DNA of 64,000 bases from assembly GCA_046341215.1 (NCBI GenBank), contig JBKDRU010000049.1, forward strand, positions 3,342 through 67,341. The letters run 5' to 3'. The notes beneath the pieces were generated by a model. The model had not been told where the DNA came from, ran no database searches, and saw only the letters and a list, made by a program, of their open reading frames with translations. The translations under genes were made by a program, and so were the position numbers. This document shows positions 41,701 to 50,266 of the stretch, piece by piece (position 1 is the stretch's first letter; every line of letters starts with the position of its first letter). The DNA is from Vampirovibrionales bacterium (GTDB taxonomy: Bacteria > Cyanobacteriota > Vampirovibrionia > Vampirovibrionales > JAJTHC01).

Positions 41701-42316
41701 GCATCGAACGCTGGGGCATCCTGAGGTGGCGGAGGCGTTGAAGCCTCACGCCGTGTGGGGTTTGGTGCAGGCGAAGGGCAACCCTCACCCCAACCCTCTC
41801 CCAAAGGGAGAGGGGGTAAATCCCACGCTCGCCCTTTATAAGTCTCCCACGTACGACACGCCCTTTGCGACGTGGGAAACGCCGATTGCTCCTATTTGGG
41901 GTAAGGATGAATCGTTAAGCTTGGTGCAAGGCGTTTCCGCCGAAGGGGATCCCCTGGCGATTTTTGCGGTGACCTTGGGTGAAGACATCGCCGAGTTGGC
42001 TCGGGTGTGGTTTAAGGAAGATCGCTATCAAGATTACTTGTTTTTGCATGGGGTTTTGGGGGAATTAACGCAAGCGATGATCCGTTGGTTGAAGGCGACC
42101 GTCATTTTGCCTTATGGGGCGGGTGTTTCCAGCATTCACTTGGGGCCAGGAGCGAGCCATTTGCCTGATTTACGCACGCAAGTCGCTATTTTGGAGGCGT
42201 TGCACACGGATCGTTTGGGCTTACATTTTGTGGAAGAGGGCTTGACGCTGTCTCACGAAGATTCATCGACGGGGCTACTGTTGTGGAATCCGCTATTGGC
42301 ATCGGTGGGGTGGTAG
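38795..42316 (+). CDS. metH: Cobalamin-dependent methionine synthase with divergent C-terminal activation domain
   Basis: DGAMG, GGCCGT, IGERCNANGS, DVHDIGKN (B12 His), SGLL; GGAGG RBS before GTG at 38795. Confidence 0.93.
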   Translation: MKPFTLLDALKSHTLLCDGAMGSQVQAMDLSVEIDYLNCENCTEILNKSRPDLVKQIHHSYLEAGADCIQTNSFGSSTITLGEFGLEADAFELSRLAGMLARECVSEATQKDGKARYVLGSIGPGTKLPSLGHIGYHDLLAGIKTQAQGLLAGGVDAFLIETCQDTLQIKAAVEACKQARQEHHGDVYIPIFVQVTVETTGTLLVGADINAVIAILSSLDVDALGMNCATGPVEMETHLQQLAEGWENLIFIQPNAGLPCLKHGKTHYDLTPEQLATHLKTFIAKYKLNLIGGCCGTTPAHIRALDAMLSSLPGARRPSFQARTVEKIPQVASLYSAVDLRQENAYFAIGERCNANGSKAFRDAQAAEDWDTCLSIALEQEREGSHALDVCTAYVGRNEVADMTAFLTRLRGSSTLPLVIDSTELPVLEASLALYGGKAILNSINFEDGEAPAHARLKLVKAHGASVIALTIEEAGMAKTTEDKVRVAKRLIDFCVNEYGLPHNDILIDPLTFTICTGNEDDRPLGYYTLDAIEQLSQLYPDIQIILGLSNISFGLNPTARKVLNSVYLHEAVKRGMTGAIVHVSKIMPFHKIDEIQRETALDLIYDRNHEKGNPLQRYLELFSNVQSSGIKKDPLAHLPEAIEARLKQRIIDGVKIDLASDLEKAMLTYTPLDIINTLLLDGMKVVGELFGSGQMQLPFVLQSAETMKAAVAYLEPFMEKIEGQEKGTVVLATVKGDVHDIGKNLVDIILTNNGYKVHNLGIKQPLDDILKAVELHKPNAIGLSGLLVKSTVIMRENMIALQEKGYSLPVFLGGAALTRQYVEVDCFDEYPHVAYVKDAFESLAMMQKIGDGTFDAYVQERYSSYALEPSEGIPHPNPLPKGEGVKETLTPTLSHRERVLQTPPPQKAVDEGLYLSDAVAPLLTPTVAELLPYVDLKTLATRNWGFAPPNDGESETAWRERLDLDGILHRTLGHPEVAEALKPHAVWGLVQAKGNPHPNPLPKGEGVNPTLALYKSPTYDTPFATWETPIAPIWGKDESLSLVQGVSAEGDPLAIFAVTLGEDIAELARVWFKEDRYQDYLFLHGVLGELTQAMIRWLKATVILPYGAGVSSIHLGPGASHLPDLRTQVAILEALHTDRLGLHFVEEGLTLSHEDSSTGLLLWNPLLASVGW
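41416..41814 (+). repeat. Three 33-bp palindromic repeats inside metH (41416-41448, 41460-41492, 41782-41814)
   Basis: CCCTCACCCCAACCCTCTCCC-NNN-GGGAGAGGG; translated as PHPNPLPKGEG twice and LTPTLSHRERV once. Confidence 0.92.
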
Positions 42317-42336
42317 GAAATAGAGGAGCGTTTAGT

Positions 42337-43110
42337 ATGAAATTAGAGAAAGCTATTGAGAAAACAAAAGAGCTTATAGAGCAGGGTCAAAAATTTACGT
42401 TTGATGATAAAAAAACTCCACGTTTTGACACTTGGAGAATTCACGTCGCCGAAATTGTTTTACCTTATACAAAAATGGAAGCCGATCGGCGTTTAGTGGA
42501 AATAGATGGAATAATACCAGATAAAAAATTTTATAGGATTACGATTAATTCCTATGACCCTGATTACTTTAATCGAGGCGTAAATATATGGACGACAAAA
42601 CTTCAGAGCATATTAGAACATTTAGAAGATCGGCAAGAACAAAGCTTCCAAAATGAAAAGCTTTCTTCGTCCGACAAAAACCAAGTCTTTATTGTTCATG
42701 GACATGATGGAGAAATGTTAGACAAAGTAGAGCTATTCCTTCTTAAAACAGCTGAATTAAAGCACTTAAAACCCGTTGTTCTAAAGGATCAATTGAATGG
42801 CGGACGTACTATTATTGAAAAATTAGAACAAGTGGCAGAAGGGGCGTGTTTTGCTATTGTTTTATATAGTCCTGATGATGAAGGTAGGAGTAAGTTAGAT
42901 GGTGATTGCAAAGCGAGGGCAAGACAAAATGTCGTATGGGAACATGGCTATTTTGTTGCTAAGTTAGGAAGAACTCATGTCGTTGCTATTCATAAGAATA
43001 GTGATGACCTTGAAATACCTTCCGATTTACAGGGTTTAATTTATCTTGAATTTGAATCGGACTGGAAAACGGATTTATTAAAAGAACTTCAGGGCGTTGG
43101 ATTGGCATAA
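42337..43110 (+). CDS. TIR-like nucleotide-binding domain protein (Cap12/PycTIR-type TIR)
   Basis: VFIVHGHD, GRTIIEKLE, FAIVLYSPDD, RARQNVVWEHGYF..KLGR, EIPSDLQG; GAGGAG RBS before ATG at 42337. Confidence 0.88.
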   Translation: MKLEKAIEKTKELIEQGQKFTFDDKKTPRFDTWRIHVAEIVLPYTKMEADRRLVEIDGIIPDKKFYRITINSYDPDYFNRGVNIWTTKLQSILEHLEDRQEQSFQNEKLSSSDKNQVFIVHGHDGEMLDKVELFLLKTAELKHLKPVVLKDQLNGGRTIIEKLEQVAEGACFAIVLYSPDDEGRSKLDGDCKARARQNVVWEHGYFVAKLGRTHVVAIHKNSDDLEIPSDLQGLIYLEFESDWKTDLLKELQGVGLA

Positions 43111-43140
43111 ATCGTTTCGTCATCCTGAATGAGCCGACCT

Positions 43141-43267
43141 GTCCCCTCTCCTAATTTTAGGAGAGGGAAGGAACGTCTGAAAGACGTTCAAGGGTGAGGT
43201 TAAATTCACAAACGGAGTCTAGGGTTTAACCGCCCCCTAGCCCCCTCCTAAAATTAGGAGGGGGGAC
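43141..43267. repeat. Inverted pair of palindromes related to the metH 33-bp repeat
   Basis: CCCTCTCCTAATTTTAGGAGAGGG..GGGTGAGG and CCCCTAGCCCCCTCCTAAAATTAGGAGGGGG; outer ends GTCCCC/GGGGAC. Confidence 0.8.
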
Positions 43268-43340
43268 AAAGCAAATCGAACGCTCACCGACCACGTAAAA
43301 AAACGTGGGTTTTCGGCACTAGGCAGAAGATCAAAAAGAA

Positions 43341-43610
43341 GTCATACTGAAAAAGAGTGGCTCCTTGAAAAACGACGAAAAGACACCGTTTTGGAGTGAG
43401 TTTTTCTAGTTTCTTCACAATTCATGGATCAAAAACAGACTTTCATGGACAAAAATCGGACTTTCGTGGACAAAAAACAGACTTTCATGGCCAGAAAATC
43501 GACTTTCGTGGCCCAAAAAACGACTTTCATGGCCAGAAAATCGACTTTCGTGGACAAAAAACAGACTTTCGTGGGTCAAAAAGTCGACTTTTGTGGGTCG
43601 AAAAGTGTCG
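43341..43610. repeat. Conserved 32-bp box and nine 21/22-bp tandem units (homologous to 26119-26340)
   Basis: GTCATACTGAAAAAGAGTGGCTCCTTGAAAAA, then TTC(A/G)TGG..AAA..GACT units from 43421 to 43610. Confidence 0.9.
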
Positions 43611-43784
43611 TTCCCCATGCACGTCAAAAGATCTGACCACCACCATCATGCAAAATCCATCGCCATCACATCGTGGCATCACTGGCAACATGATTTGGAT
43701 GGATATTTTTAAAGCAGTTCACCCAAAATGCCTTCTGTATGCTAGAGTGAACAATGAGAGAATTATGAATTAAGGAGTTGCACT

Positions 43785-45170
43785 TTGACTATTTTAGCCA
43801 AACCTTTGTTAGTGGCAACGTGTGTCTGTCTTCTTTTTTTAGGCTTTGGTGTAACTCCCTTTGCAATGGCAGAAGAAGGGGGTTCAACTCTTTCCAATTT
43901 TGAACGCTTGTATCAACGAGCTTTAGTACAAAATCACGATCTTCAAGTGTTACAAAAGCAACTAAAGCTTACCGAAGCGGACATTACCATTGCAGGCTAT
44001 ATCCCTAACCCCAGTATCAATGGGTATTGGGGTTGGGGGCGTCAAACATCTGTATTAGGGAACCCCAATTATGTGGGGATTACCCAAGAACTTGAAATCG
44101 GACCTAAACGAAAATTACGCACTTTAATCGCCAAATCAGCATTAGAAGAAGAAAAAGCGGCCTTTCAAGAAGCCATTTGGCTATTACGGAGCAATTTACG
44201 ATTGGCTTACCTCGAATACTTGGGAGGCATAAGTGAATTAAAGCAATTGGAAGAGCAAACCCATTTAATTGAATCGTTTATTGCCACCGTTGAAGAAGTG
44301 GTCAAAAAAGGGAAGTCACCTCGTTCTGATTTACTTCAAGCCCAATTAACCTTGTCTGATTTACATTCTGAATACATTGAACTACAAGGTGACTTAAAAC
44401 AAGACCGACTCTACATCGCTGAATTGGTGGGGGAACGTTCTCCTGAAGCACTGCCTTTGGGAGAGATGAATCCAAATTTATTGGAGCAAGTGCCTCATTG
44501 GGAAAATAAATTACTGGCAGAAAAAGAAGCTTTTTTAGTCCAACAATTAAGCGAAGTAGGTCGAACTCACAGACAAGAACTCAAAATTGCCATACAAGCT
44601 TTAGAACAAAGTCGCTTAAGATTAAAAGCATCTAAGCTTAAGCGTATTCCCAATCCAGAACTAGGGGGTGGTTTTTTATTTGTGACCACAACATCGCCGT
44701 ATACCCCCAATTATGAAAAAGAAACGTTTTTGGGAGGCTATGCTTCTATAAACGTACCTTTGCCCATCTTTAACCGTCAACAAGGTGAAATCACCAAAAA
44801 CCAAAGTGAAATCCTCGCCAATGAAATGCGTATTCATGCAACAGAATACACCATTGCCATGGGCATACAAAAAGCGGTTGAAACGATTTCAACCAAGCAA
44901 CAACTACTAGAAAATTATCGTAACCATCTTTTCCCTAATTCTGAAGAGATTGTGCAGTTGGTGAATTTGGCATATGGGAAAAATGAAGCGGGTTTGTCGG
45001 ATGTTATTTTGGCTCGTCAAGCGTATCAAGAAATTCGTCATGAATATTTGGAACATTTGGAAGAAGCTTGGCAGGCGTGGGCGTCTTTAGAACAAGAAAC
45101 AGGCGTGCCTTTAGAGATTCTGATTCCCACCTTGCCTTGGAAGCAGCCCAAAGATTTTGTTGCCTTATAA
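43785..45170 (+). CDS. TolC/CzcC-family outer-membrane efflux protein
   Basis: Signal peptide, two repeated helical halves, PNP motifs, VPLPIFNRQQGEI. Confidence 0.85.
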   Translation: MTILAKPLLVATCVCLLFLGFGVTPFAMAEEGGSTLSNFERLYQRALVQNHDLQVLQKQLKLTEADITIAGYIPNPSINGYWGWGRQTSVLGNPNYVGITQELEIGPKRKLRTLIAKSALEEEKAAFQEAIWLLRSNLRLAYLEYLGGISELKQLEEQTHLIESFIATVEEVVKKGKSPRSDLLQAQLTLSDLHSEYIELQGDLKQDRLYIAELVGERSPEALPLGEMNPNLLEQVPHWENKLLAEKEAFLVQQLSEVGRTHRQELKIAIQALEQSRLRLKASKLKRIPNPELGGGFLFVTTTSPYTPNYEKETFLGGYASINVPLPIFNRQQGEITKNQSEILANEMRIHATEYTIAMGIQKAVETISTKQQLLENYRNHLFPNSEEIVQLVNLAYGKNEAGLSDVILARQAYQEIRHEYLEHLEEAWQAWASLEQETGVPLEILIPTLPWKQPKDFVAL

Positions 45171-45320
45171 ATCACGAGAGACGTTTTCTTCATCATCAAC
45201 TGCATGAATGAAGATAACGCCTTTTTACAGAAAGTCTCAATAAGACTCGTTATACTATGGGTAATATCCTTATTTTGTAAGGTCGCTTTTTATTTAGGCA
45301 ACGAATTGGGAGCCACCACA

Positions 45321-46370
45321 TTGACGACATCTCATTCATCTGAAGACGCCAATCCAATCGCTTTCTCTAAAGATTCAGACAGTTCTTTGGCTGTTGAAGC
45401 ACCTGCTTCGCCTGTAGTGCCTCGTTCGGATTCTATTCGTAAGGCGGTGATGGCAGGGGGTTCAGCGAAAGCCGCTTCTGAAGTTACGACTATTCAGGGT
45501 GTGGCTTCAGGCAAGGCGAAAAAAGAAGCGGGCTACTTAATGGTGTCCACCCCTCAAAGTGTGGCTGCCCAAGAAAAAGAAGTCAAAGACAAAGCCAAAA
45601 CCAAAGCCGAAACCGAACTACTTATTCACGATTTGTGGATTAAATACGCCAAGGATCGTTCTAATAAACGGATTCGAGACAAGCTTGTTTTACATTATTT
45701 ACACTTAGTCAAGCATACGGTGAACCGCCTGCCCTTGAGCTTACCGAATAGTGTGAGTCAAGACGACATAATTAGTTATGGCACCATGGGTTTATTGGAT
45801 GCCATTAAACGCTTTGAACCCGAACGTGGGTGGAAGTTTGAAACCTTTGCGGTGAACCGTATTCGTGGGGAAGTCATTGATCAATTGCGTGTGCAAGACT
45901 GGGTGCCTCGTGGGGTACGCAAACGTAATAAAAAACTGATTGAAACCATGAAAGAATTGGAAGAGCGTTTGTTACGTACACCGACCGATGAGGAAATGGC
46001 GAGTGCCTTAGGCGTTACGGTGGCTCGTTACCGTGTCATGCTAACCGAATCGACCGTTTTGGTGCTTTCATTAGATGAAACCCTGGGTTCTGACAAAGAT
46101 TCTAGCATGAGCTTAATTGACACGGTTGCAGACAGACATTCCACGCCTCCTGATGGTTCTCTTGAAGAAGGTGATATTCAAAAGCATTTAGCCGAAGCCA
46201 TTAACCAGTTACCCGAACGTGAAAAATTACTTATTGCCCTTTATTACCAAGAACATTTAACCTTAAGTGAAATTGGCAATTTGCTAAGCATATCAGAATC
46301 TCGGGTCTGTCAATTACATGCCCAAGCCATTATGCGTTTACGTTATAAGCTGTCTAATTTAGACGACTAA
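45321..46370 (+). CDS. fliA: FliA/WhiG-family (sigma-28) RNA polymerase sigma factor with N-terminal extension
   Basis: GLLDAIKRFEPERG.KFETFA..RIRG..IDQLR.QDWVPR, LPEREK, SESRVCQLH; GGGAG RBS before TTG at 45321. Confidence 0.88.
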   Translation: MTTSHSSEDANPIAFSKDSDSSLAVEAPASPVVPRSDSIRKAVMAGGSAKAASEVTTIQGVASGKAKKEAGYLMVSTPQSVAAQEKEVKDKAKTKAETELLIHDLWIKYAKDRSNKRIRDKLVLHYLHLVKHTVNRLPLSLPNSVSQDDIISYGTMGLLDAIKRFEPERGWKFETFAVNRIRGEVIDQLRVQDWVPRGVRKRNKKLIETMKELEERLLRTPTDEEMASALGVTVARYRVMLTESTVLVLSLDETLGSDKDSSMSLIDTVADRHSTPPDGSLEEGDIQKHLAEAINQLPEREKLLIALYYQEHLTLSEIGNLLSISESRVCQLHAQAIMRLRYKLSNLDD

Positions 46371-46396
46371 ACACTTGATTATAAGAAGAACTTTCT

Positions 46397-47680
46397 ATGA
46401 AGCTTGATTTTAATAACATTAAACATTCGATTTCGACCTTTTCAGTGTATCTCAACCGAAATACGGATGTTCAACAAAGCCCGCTCGATTTAATTACGGC
46501 GTTCAGTAATTTGCCTATATCGATGTTGATTTTTGATGCACAAGGGAAAATTTTATTTTATAATGCCACTTTTTCTGACCTCTTTGGTTTAGATGATCTT
46601 GAGAGTACAGAGCGTGTGGATCGTATTGAACGCATTGAAGAGCTACCCTTTTACCTTAATGAATTAAAGCAAGTCATTCAAGCTCGTATTCTTCGCTTTC
46701 CTCCTGGTATTGAGGCTATCCCTGTCGAACGAGAATCACTTAAAGTTCACTTCCCTAAAGGAGATAAAGAAAGCACCATTGGCTTTTCAATCCGTTCTGA
46801 ATCGGTGGAAGGTGGACATTTGAACAGTCGGGTATGGGTTTTAATTGCTAGAGATATTAGTCGGCATAAGCAATTGGATCCTGAAGAAGCAAATCGTTTG
46901 GAAGAATTGCAACGTTCGCAAAAGTTTTCAGCCATTACCACGCAAATTACCACCTTTGCCTTGCATATTTTCAAGCACTTATTTGCCATTAGCCAACACA
47001 CACATTTGCTAGGGAAGCAGCAAGCGGTGCTTCTTAAACGTTTGCAGGATTCCACCCCCATTTCTTCAGAAGAACAACAAGCGTTTGCACTTCAGCTTGA
47101 AGAATCTCAACAGCACTTAAATCACTTGGATTCAAGCATTCAAAATGCTCATAACTTATTTAAAAACTTACAAAAATTGAATCAACCCATTTTATTAAAG
47201 TTAGTACCTGTCAACCTTAATATCTCCTTACGTGCCTGGATACGTGAATGGGAAAGAGAAGGGTTCATTCCTCAAAATATTAACTTACATGTGGACAGTA
47301 CTCTTGAAGTTCCTAAAATATTGGCGGATCCTCAAGAACTTAAACGAATCATTAAAGCGTTAGTGCAAAATAGCATTGAAGCCAACGCTTCTGAAGAAAC
47401 GTTAGAGATAAAACTTTACCTTGGGCTAGAACTTCATAACAAAAAAGATTATGTTGCTGTGCATGTGGTGGACAACGGTAAAGGACTTTCTGAAGATACT
47501 AAAGAAGCGTTATTGGATCCCTTCTTCACCACAAAACCCAATCAATTGCTTGGATTAGGTTTACCCTATTCCTTTAAATTGATAGAAGCCCATAAAGGTC
47601 AATTTAATGTAGAATCAAAGTTAGGGCAAGGGACTCATGTTACCTTAAGATTTCAACCCCTTGAAGGACTGCCTAATTAA
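46397..47680 (+). CDS. PAS-domain histidine-kinase-like protein with degenerate H-box
   Basis: PAS-like N-terminus; DNGKG, DPFFTTK, GLGL, ESKLGQGT; H-box reads FALHIFKHL. Confidence 0.75.
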   Translation: MKLDFNNIKHSISTFSVYLNRNTDVQQSPLDLITAFSNLPISMLIFDAQGKILFYNATFSDLFGLDDLESTERVDRIERIEELPFYLNELKQVIQARILRFPPGIEAIPVERESLKVHFPKGDKESTIGFSIRSESVEGGHLNSRVWVLIARDISRHKQLDPEEANRLEELQRSQKFSAITTQITTFALHIFKHLFAISQHTHLLGKQQAVLLKRLQDSTPISSEEQQAFALQLEESQQHLNHLDSSIQNAHNLFKNLQKLNQPILLKLVPVNLNISLRAWIREWEREGFIPQNINLHVDSTLEVPKILADPQELKRIIKALVQNSIEANASEETLEIKLYLGLELHNKKDYVAVHVVDNGKGLSEDTKEALLDPFFTTKPNQLLGLGLPYSFKLIEAHKGQFNVESKLGQGTHVTLRFQPLEGLPN

Positions 47681-47797
47681 AACATGCCCTTTAAATGCCT
47701 TATTTTTAAACTGTATATACAATTACGCCTTTATATAGATGCATAATAACTATTATCCCCTATTCTAGACTACTAAGACATAAAAGGATTCACCGCC

Positions 47798-48784
47798 ATG
47801 AAATCACTACTTTGGATAGAACAAAATCAACATATTCTTCATGCCTTAAAATCGGTGATTGTTCTTGCTGAAGAGCGTTTTGAAGAACCGATACAAACTC
47901 GATTTGTAGGTTCGTTCGCTGACGCCGAAGAAGCTTTGAGTGAGTCTAGTGCAGACTTTATTATAGTAGATCCCACCTTGTTAGCTCAAGCCAGTGAATC
48001 ACTTTTGGAAACGTTTAAATCTAGCAACCTTATTTTTTATACACATTTAAACGCCAATGAATTTATGCCCTTGGCTCGTCGTTATAATTCTACCCATGTA
48101 CTTCTAAAAGAATTACCCTTTGACAGTTCAAAGCTTGTGGATCAACTCAAACGGTGCTTGTTTAGTCACGCTTATACGTCCATTTGGGGATTTGAGCACT
48201 CTCAAAGTGAAACACATGTGCTGAAAAATAGTGACGATATGTTTAATGTCATGAGTCGTATTGAAGGCCTGCTTGAAAATGTGCTTAGTCTTGAAGCTCG
48301 CATGGAGCTATGCACGCCTTTAATGGAAGCGATTACTAATGCGGTGTATCATGCCCCGAAGCGTTCTAAACAAAGTCAAGAAGACAAATACCGCAAGGGT
48401 GAACATATTCAAGCCTTAGATTCCCATGAAGCGGTGGATGTGACTATCCACATTAATGATGCTTGGGTGGCGGTTGCGATTAAAGACTACCAAGGGACCT
48501 TGACAATCGATGATATTTTAAACGGTATTTGCAAGAATTTTACTCAAGAAGCCTTGTATGACGAAAACGGGCGTGGCTTTTTCTTAATGTATTGCTTGAT
48601 GGATGAATTGCAAATTACACTTGAACCTGAACGTTCTTGCGAAATTATTTTACTGAAGTCTCGTTTAGAAAATGCTCCTGTAAATGTTTCTAACGATGCT
48701 ATTTTTTCAATCGATGATGAAGGTAGCATCCGTAACAAGCCGTTGATTATTAACGTCTTAAAGCCTGAAGCTTTGTTGGCTTAA
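47798..48784 (+). CDS. REC-like plus RsbW-type HATPase protein (anti-sigma Ser kinase-like)
   Basis: EAITNAVYH, IKDYQG, GRGFFLM..LMDE; N-terminal flavodoxin-like region with FIIVD. Confidence 0.7.
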   Translation: MKSLLWIEQNQHILHALKSVIVLAEERFEEPIQTRFVGSFADAEEALSESSADFIIVDPTLLAQASESLLETFKSSNLIFYTHLNANEFMPLARRYNSTHVLLKELPFDSSKLVDQLKRCLFSHAYTSIWGFEHSQSETHVLKNSDDMFNVMSRIEGLLENVLSLEARMELCTPLMEAITNAVYHAPKRSKQSQEDKYRKGEHIQALDSHEAVDVTIHINDAWVAVAIKDYQGTLTIDDILNGICKNFTQEALYDENGRGFFLMYCLMDELQITLEPERSCEIILLKSRLENAPVNVSNDAIFSIDDEGSIRNKPLIINVLKPEALLA

Positions 48785-48810
48785 GTCTTTACGGTTTATT
48801 TGAGATGAGA

Positions 48811-48842
48811 AAAACAAAACCCTTCAAGAAGGCTTGAAGGGT
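48811..48842. terminator. Terminator, possibly bidirectional; T tract is on the minus strand
   Basis: ACCCTTCAAG-AAGG-CTTGAAGGGT preceded by AAAACAAA. Confidence 0.75.
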
Positions 48843-48880
48843 GCTTTGATTTAAAAATCAGTATTGAGATAGAGAAAATC

Positions 48881-49134
48881 TGAACAGGGGAGACAAAAAA
48901 TTTTGAACGATAAAATAGGGGGGACTAGCAACGAGAGGCGACATACTTTTCTAAACAGCAAAGCCTGAAAGGGAGGGACAAACATAAAAGAGGGTTGAAC
49001 AGGGGAGACAATAAAATTTTGAACGATAAAATAGGGGGACTAGCAACGAAAGGCGACATACGTTTTCTGAACAGCAAAGCCAAAGAGGGAGGGACAAACA
49101 TAAAAGAGGGTTGAACAGGGGAGACAATAAAATT
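48881..49134. repeat. 115/116-bp tandem repeat (about 2.2 copies) with GG(A/G)GAC-type sub-motifs
   Basis: TGAACAGGGGAGACAA starts at 48881, 48996 and 49112. Confidence 0.92.
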
Positions 49135-49272
49135 AGGTAAGCGATTGGTTTCTGAGTGGGAGAGGGTTTTTCTGAAAAAGGTTTGAACAGGAAGGACGGT
49201 GGAAGCGTGCGGGGCGTTTGTTGCGTGCTTCTCACACAATAATAAAGGAAATCTTAAGAAGAAAAATGCCTA

Positions 49273-49290
49273 TTTGTAACGAAATGTAAA
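49273..49290 (-). promoter_or_regulatory. HLR1-like (RpaB/OmpR-type) direct-repeat site
   Basis: Minus strand TTTACATT-TC-GTTACAAA. Confidence 0.65.
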
Positions 49291-49332
49291 TAGATTGTTT
49301 GAAATGTTAAGAAAATCTGTAGTTATTATAAG

Positions 49333-49361
49333 AAAGAGTGCCTTAAATTAAGACACTCTTT
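49333..49361 (-). terminator. Terminator of the 49387-49863 gene
   Basis: Minus strand AAAGAGTGTCTTAA-T-TTAAGGCACTCTTT; the one imperfect pair is G:U only on this strand. Confidence 0.65.
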
Positions 49362-49386
49362 AAAATCATTTATTGAACGTTTCCGC

Positions 49387-49863
49387 CTAAGCAACAGGCT
49401 TGGCTTCTGCTGGTGCTTCAGTGGGTGCAGGCGTTTGAGCGTCTGCCTTTTTGCTACCACGAGCAAGAACAGTCGCACCGACTAAGGCAAGGGTCGTGGC
49501 AAGGGCTGCCCCAGCGACGCGAGTAAAGCCATTGGGAGGTACTTCATTACCAAAGCCAGAGACCACACCACCGATTATAGTAGCGACGGATCCTAAAATG
49601 GCTGGAGCCACAAAGCCCTTTTGATACCACGCCTTGGGCTTTTGGGTAGACGCTTCAGCTGTTGCTTGATCCGCAGTAGGCGTCGTGCCTTCTGTGGCTT
49701 CTGGCGTAGGGGCTTGTGTTTGGCTAAATTCTGCCGTGTCCTGTCCAGTTGGCGTTACAGGCTGCGCTGTGGCTTCAAACGAAGCTGGAGGATTCACCGT
49801 AGGAGGTTGTTCCGCTTCACGAGGGGAATACTGAAAAGGGGTTGAAGCATTTACTGCAATCAT
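49387..49863 (-). CDS. Hypothetical Pro/Thr/Ala-rich protein with two TM helices
   Basis: 158-aa ORF; AAGGA RBS. Confidence 0.7.
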   Translation of the reverse strand: MIAVNASTPFQYSPREAEQPPTVNPPASFEATAQPVTPTGQDTAEFSQTQAPTPEATEGTTPTADQATAEASTQKPKAWYQKGFVAPAILGSVATIIGGVVSGFGNEVPPNGFTRVAGAALATTLALVGATVLARGSKKADAQTPAPTEAPAEAKPVA

Positions 49864-50266
49864 TTTATTATTTCCTTATTGAGCTTAGGGTACATTTCTT
49901 TTCACATAAATCAGCGACTATGTTGTAAAATGAGAGAAGAAGTTTTCGTTCATACCTATAGTTGAAGAAACTCTAATTTCATTATACTAAGTATTGGCTT
50001 AAAAACAAGTCATTGCGTTTTTGTGCTAGGGGACTGTTCTAATCCTAAATTTAAATTCATATTGTAAAATAAAGAAAAAGGCTTGTTATTCTCTTTTGCG
50101 TCGTGTATTGTTTATGAACACAATGCTTTAGACCTAACTACCAGGCACTTAAAGCCTTGTCTAAAATGTTTGATGTATAAAAAGATACAACAACTAGACA
50201 TTCTGCCAAATATAGGCATAATAATAACGTCACGAAATACTCATATTTTCAAGAAGGAAACACCCT

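Noticed and set aside
43421-43610. CRISPR array
   Set aside because: Contiguous degenerate 21/22-bp units with no unique spacers and no cas genes; the same applies to 26201-26308 and 48881-49134.
43396-43773. Heptapeptide-repeat protein (DFHGQKx)
   Set aside because: Several frames are open only because of the repeat; 22-bp units break the register and the homologous array has mostly 22-bp units.
49226-49238. Cyanobacterial Yfr1 sRNA motif
   Set aside because: GCTTCTCACAC differs from ACTCCTCACAC at two positions and no terminator hairpin follows immediately.
48925-49239. Hydrophobic ORFs across the 115-bp repeat
   Set aside because: Periods of 115 and 116 shift frames between copies, no RBS is evident, and the composition reflects pyrimidine bias.
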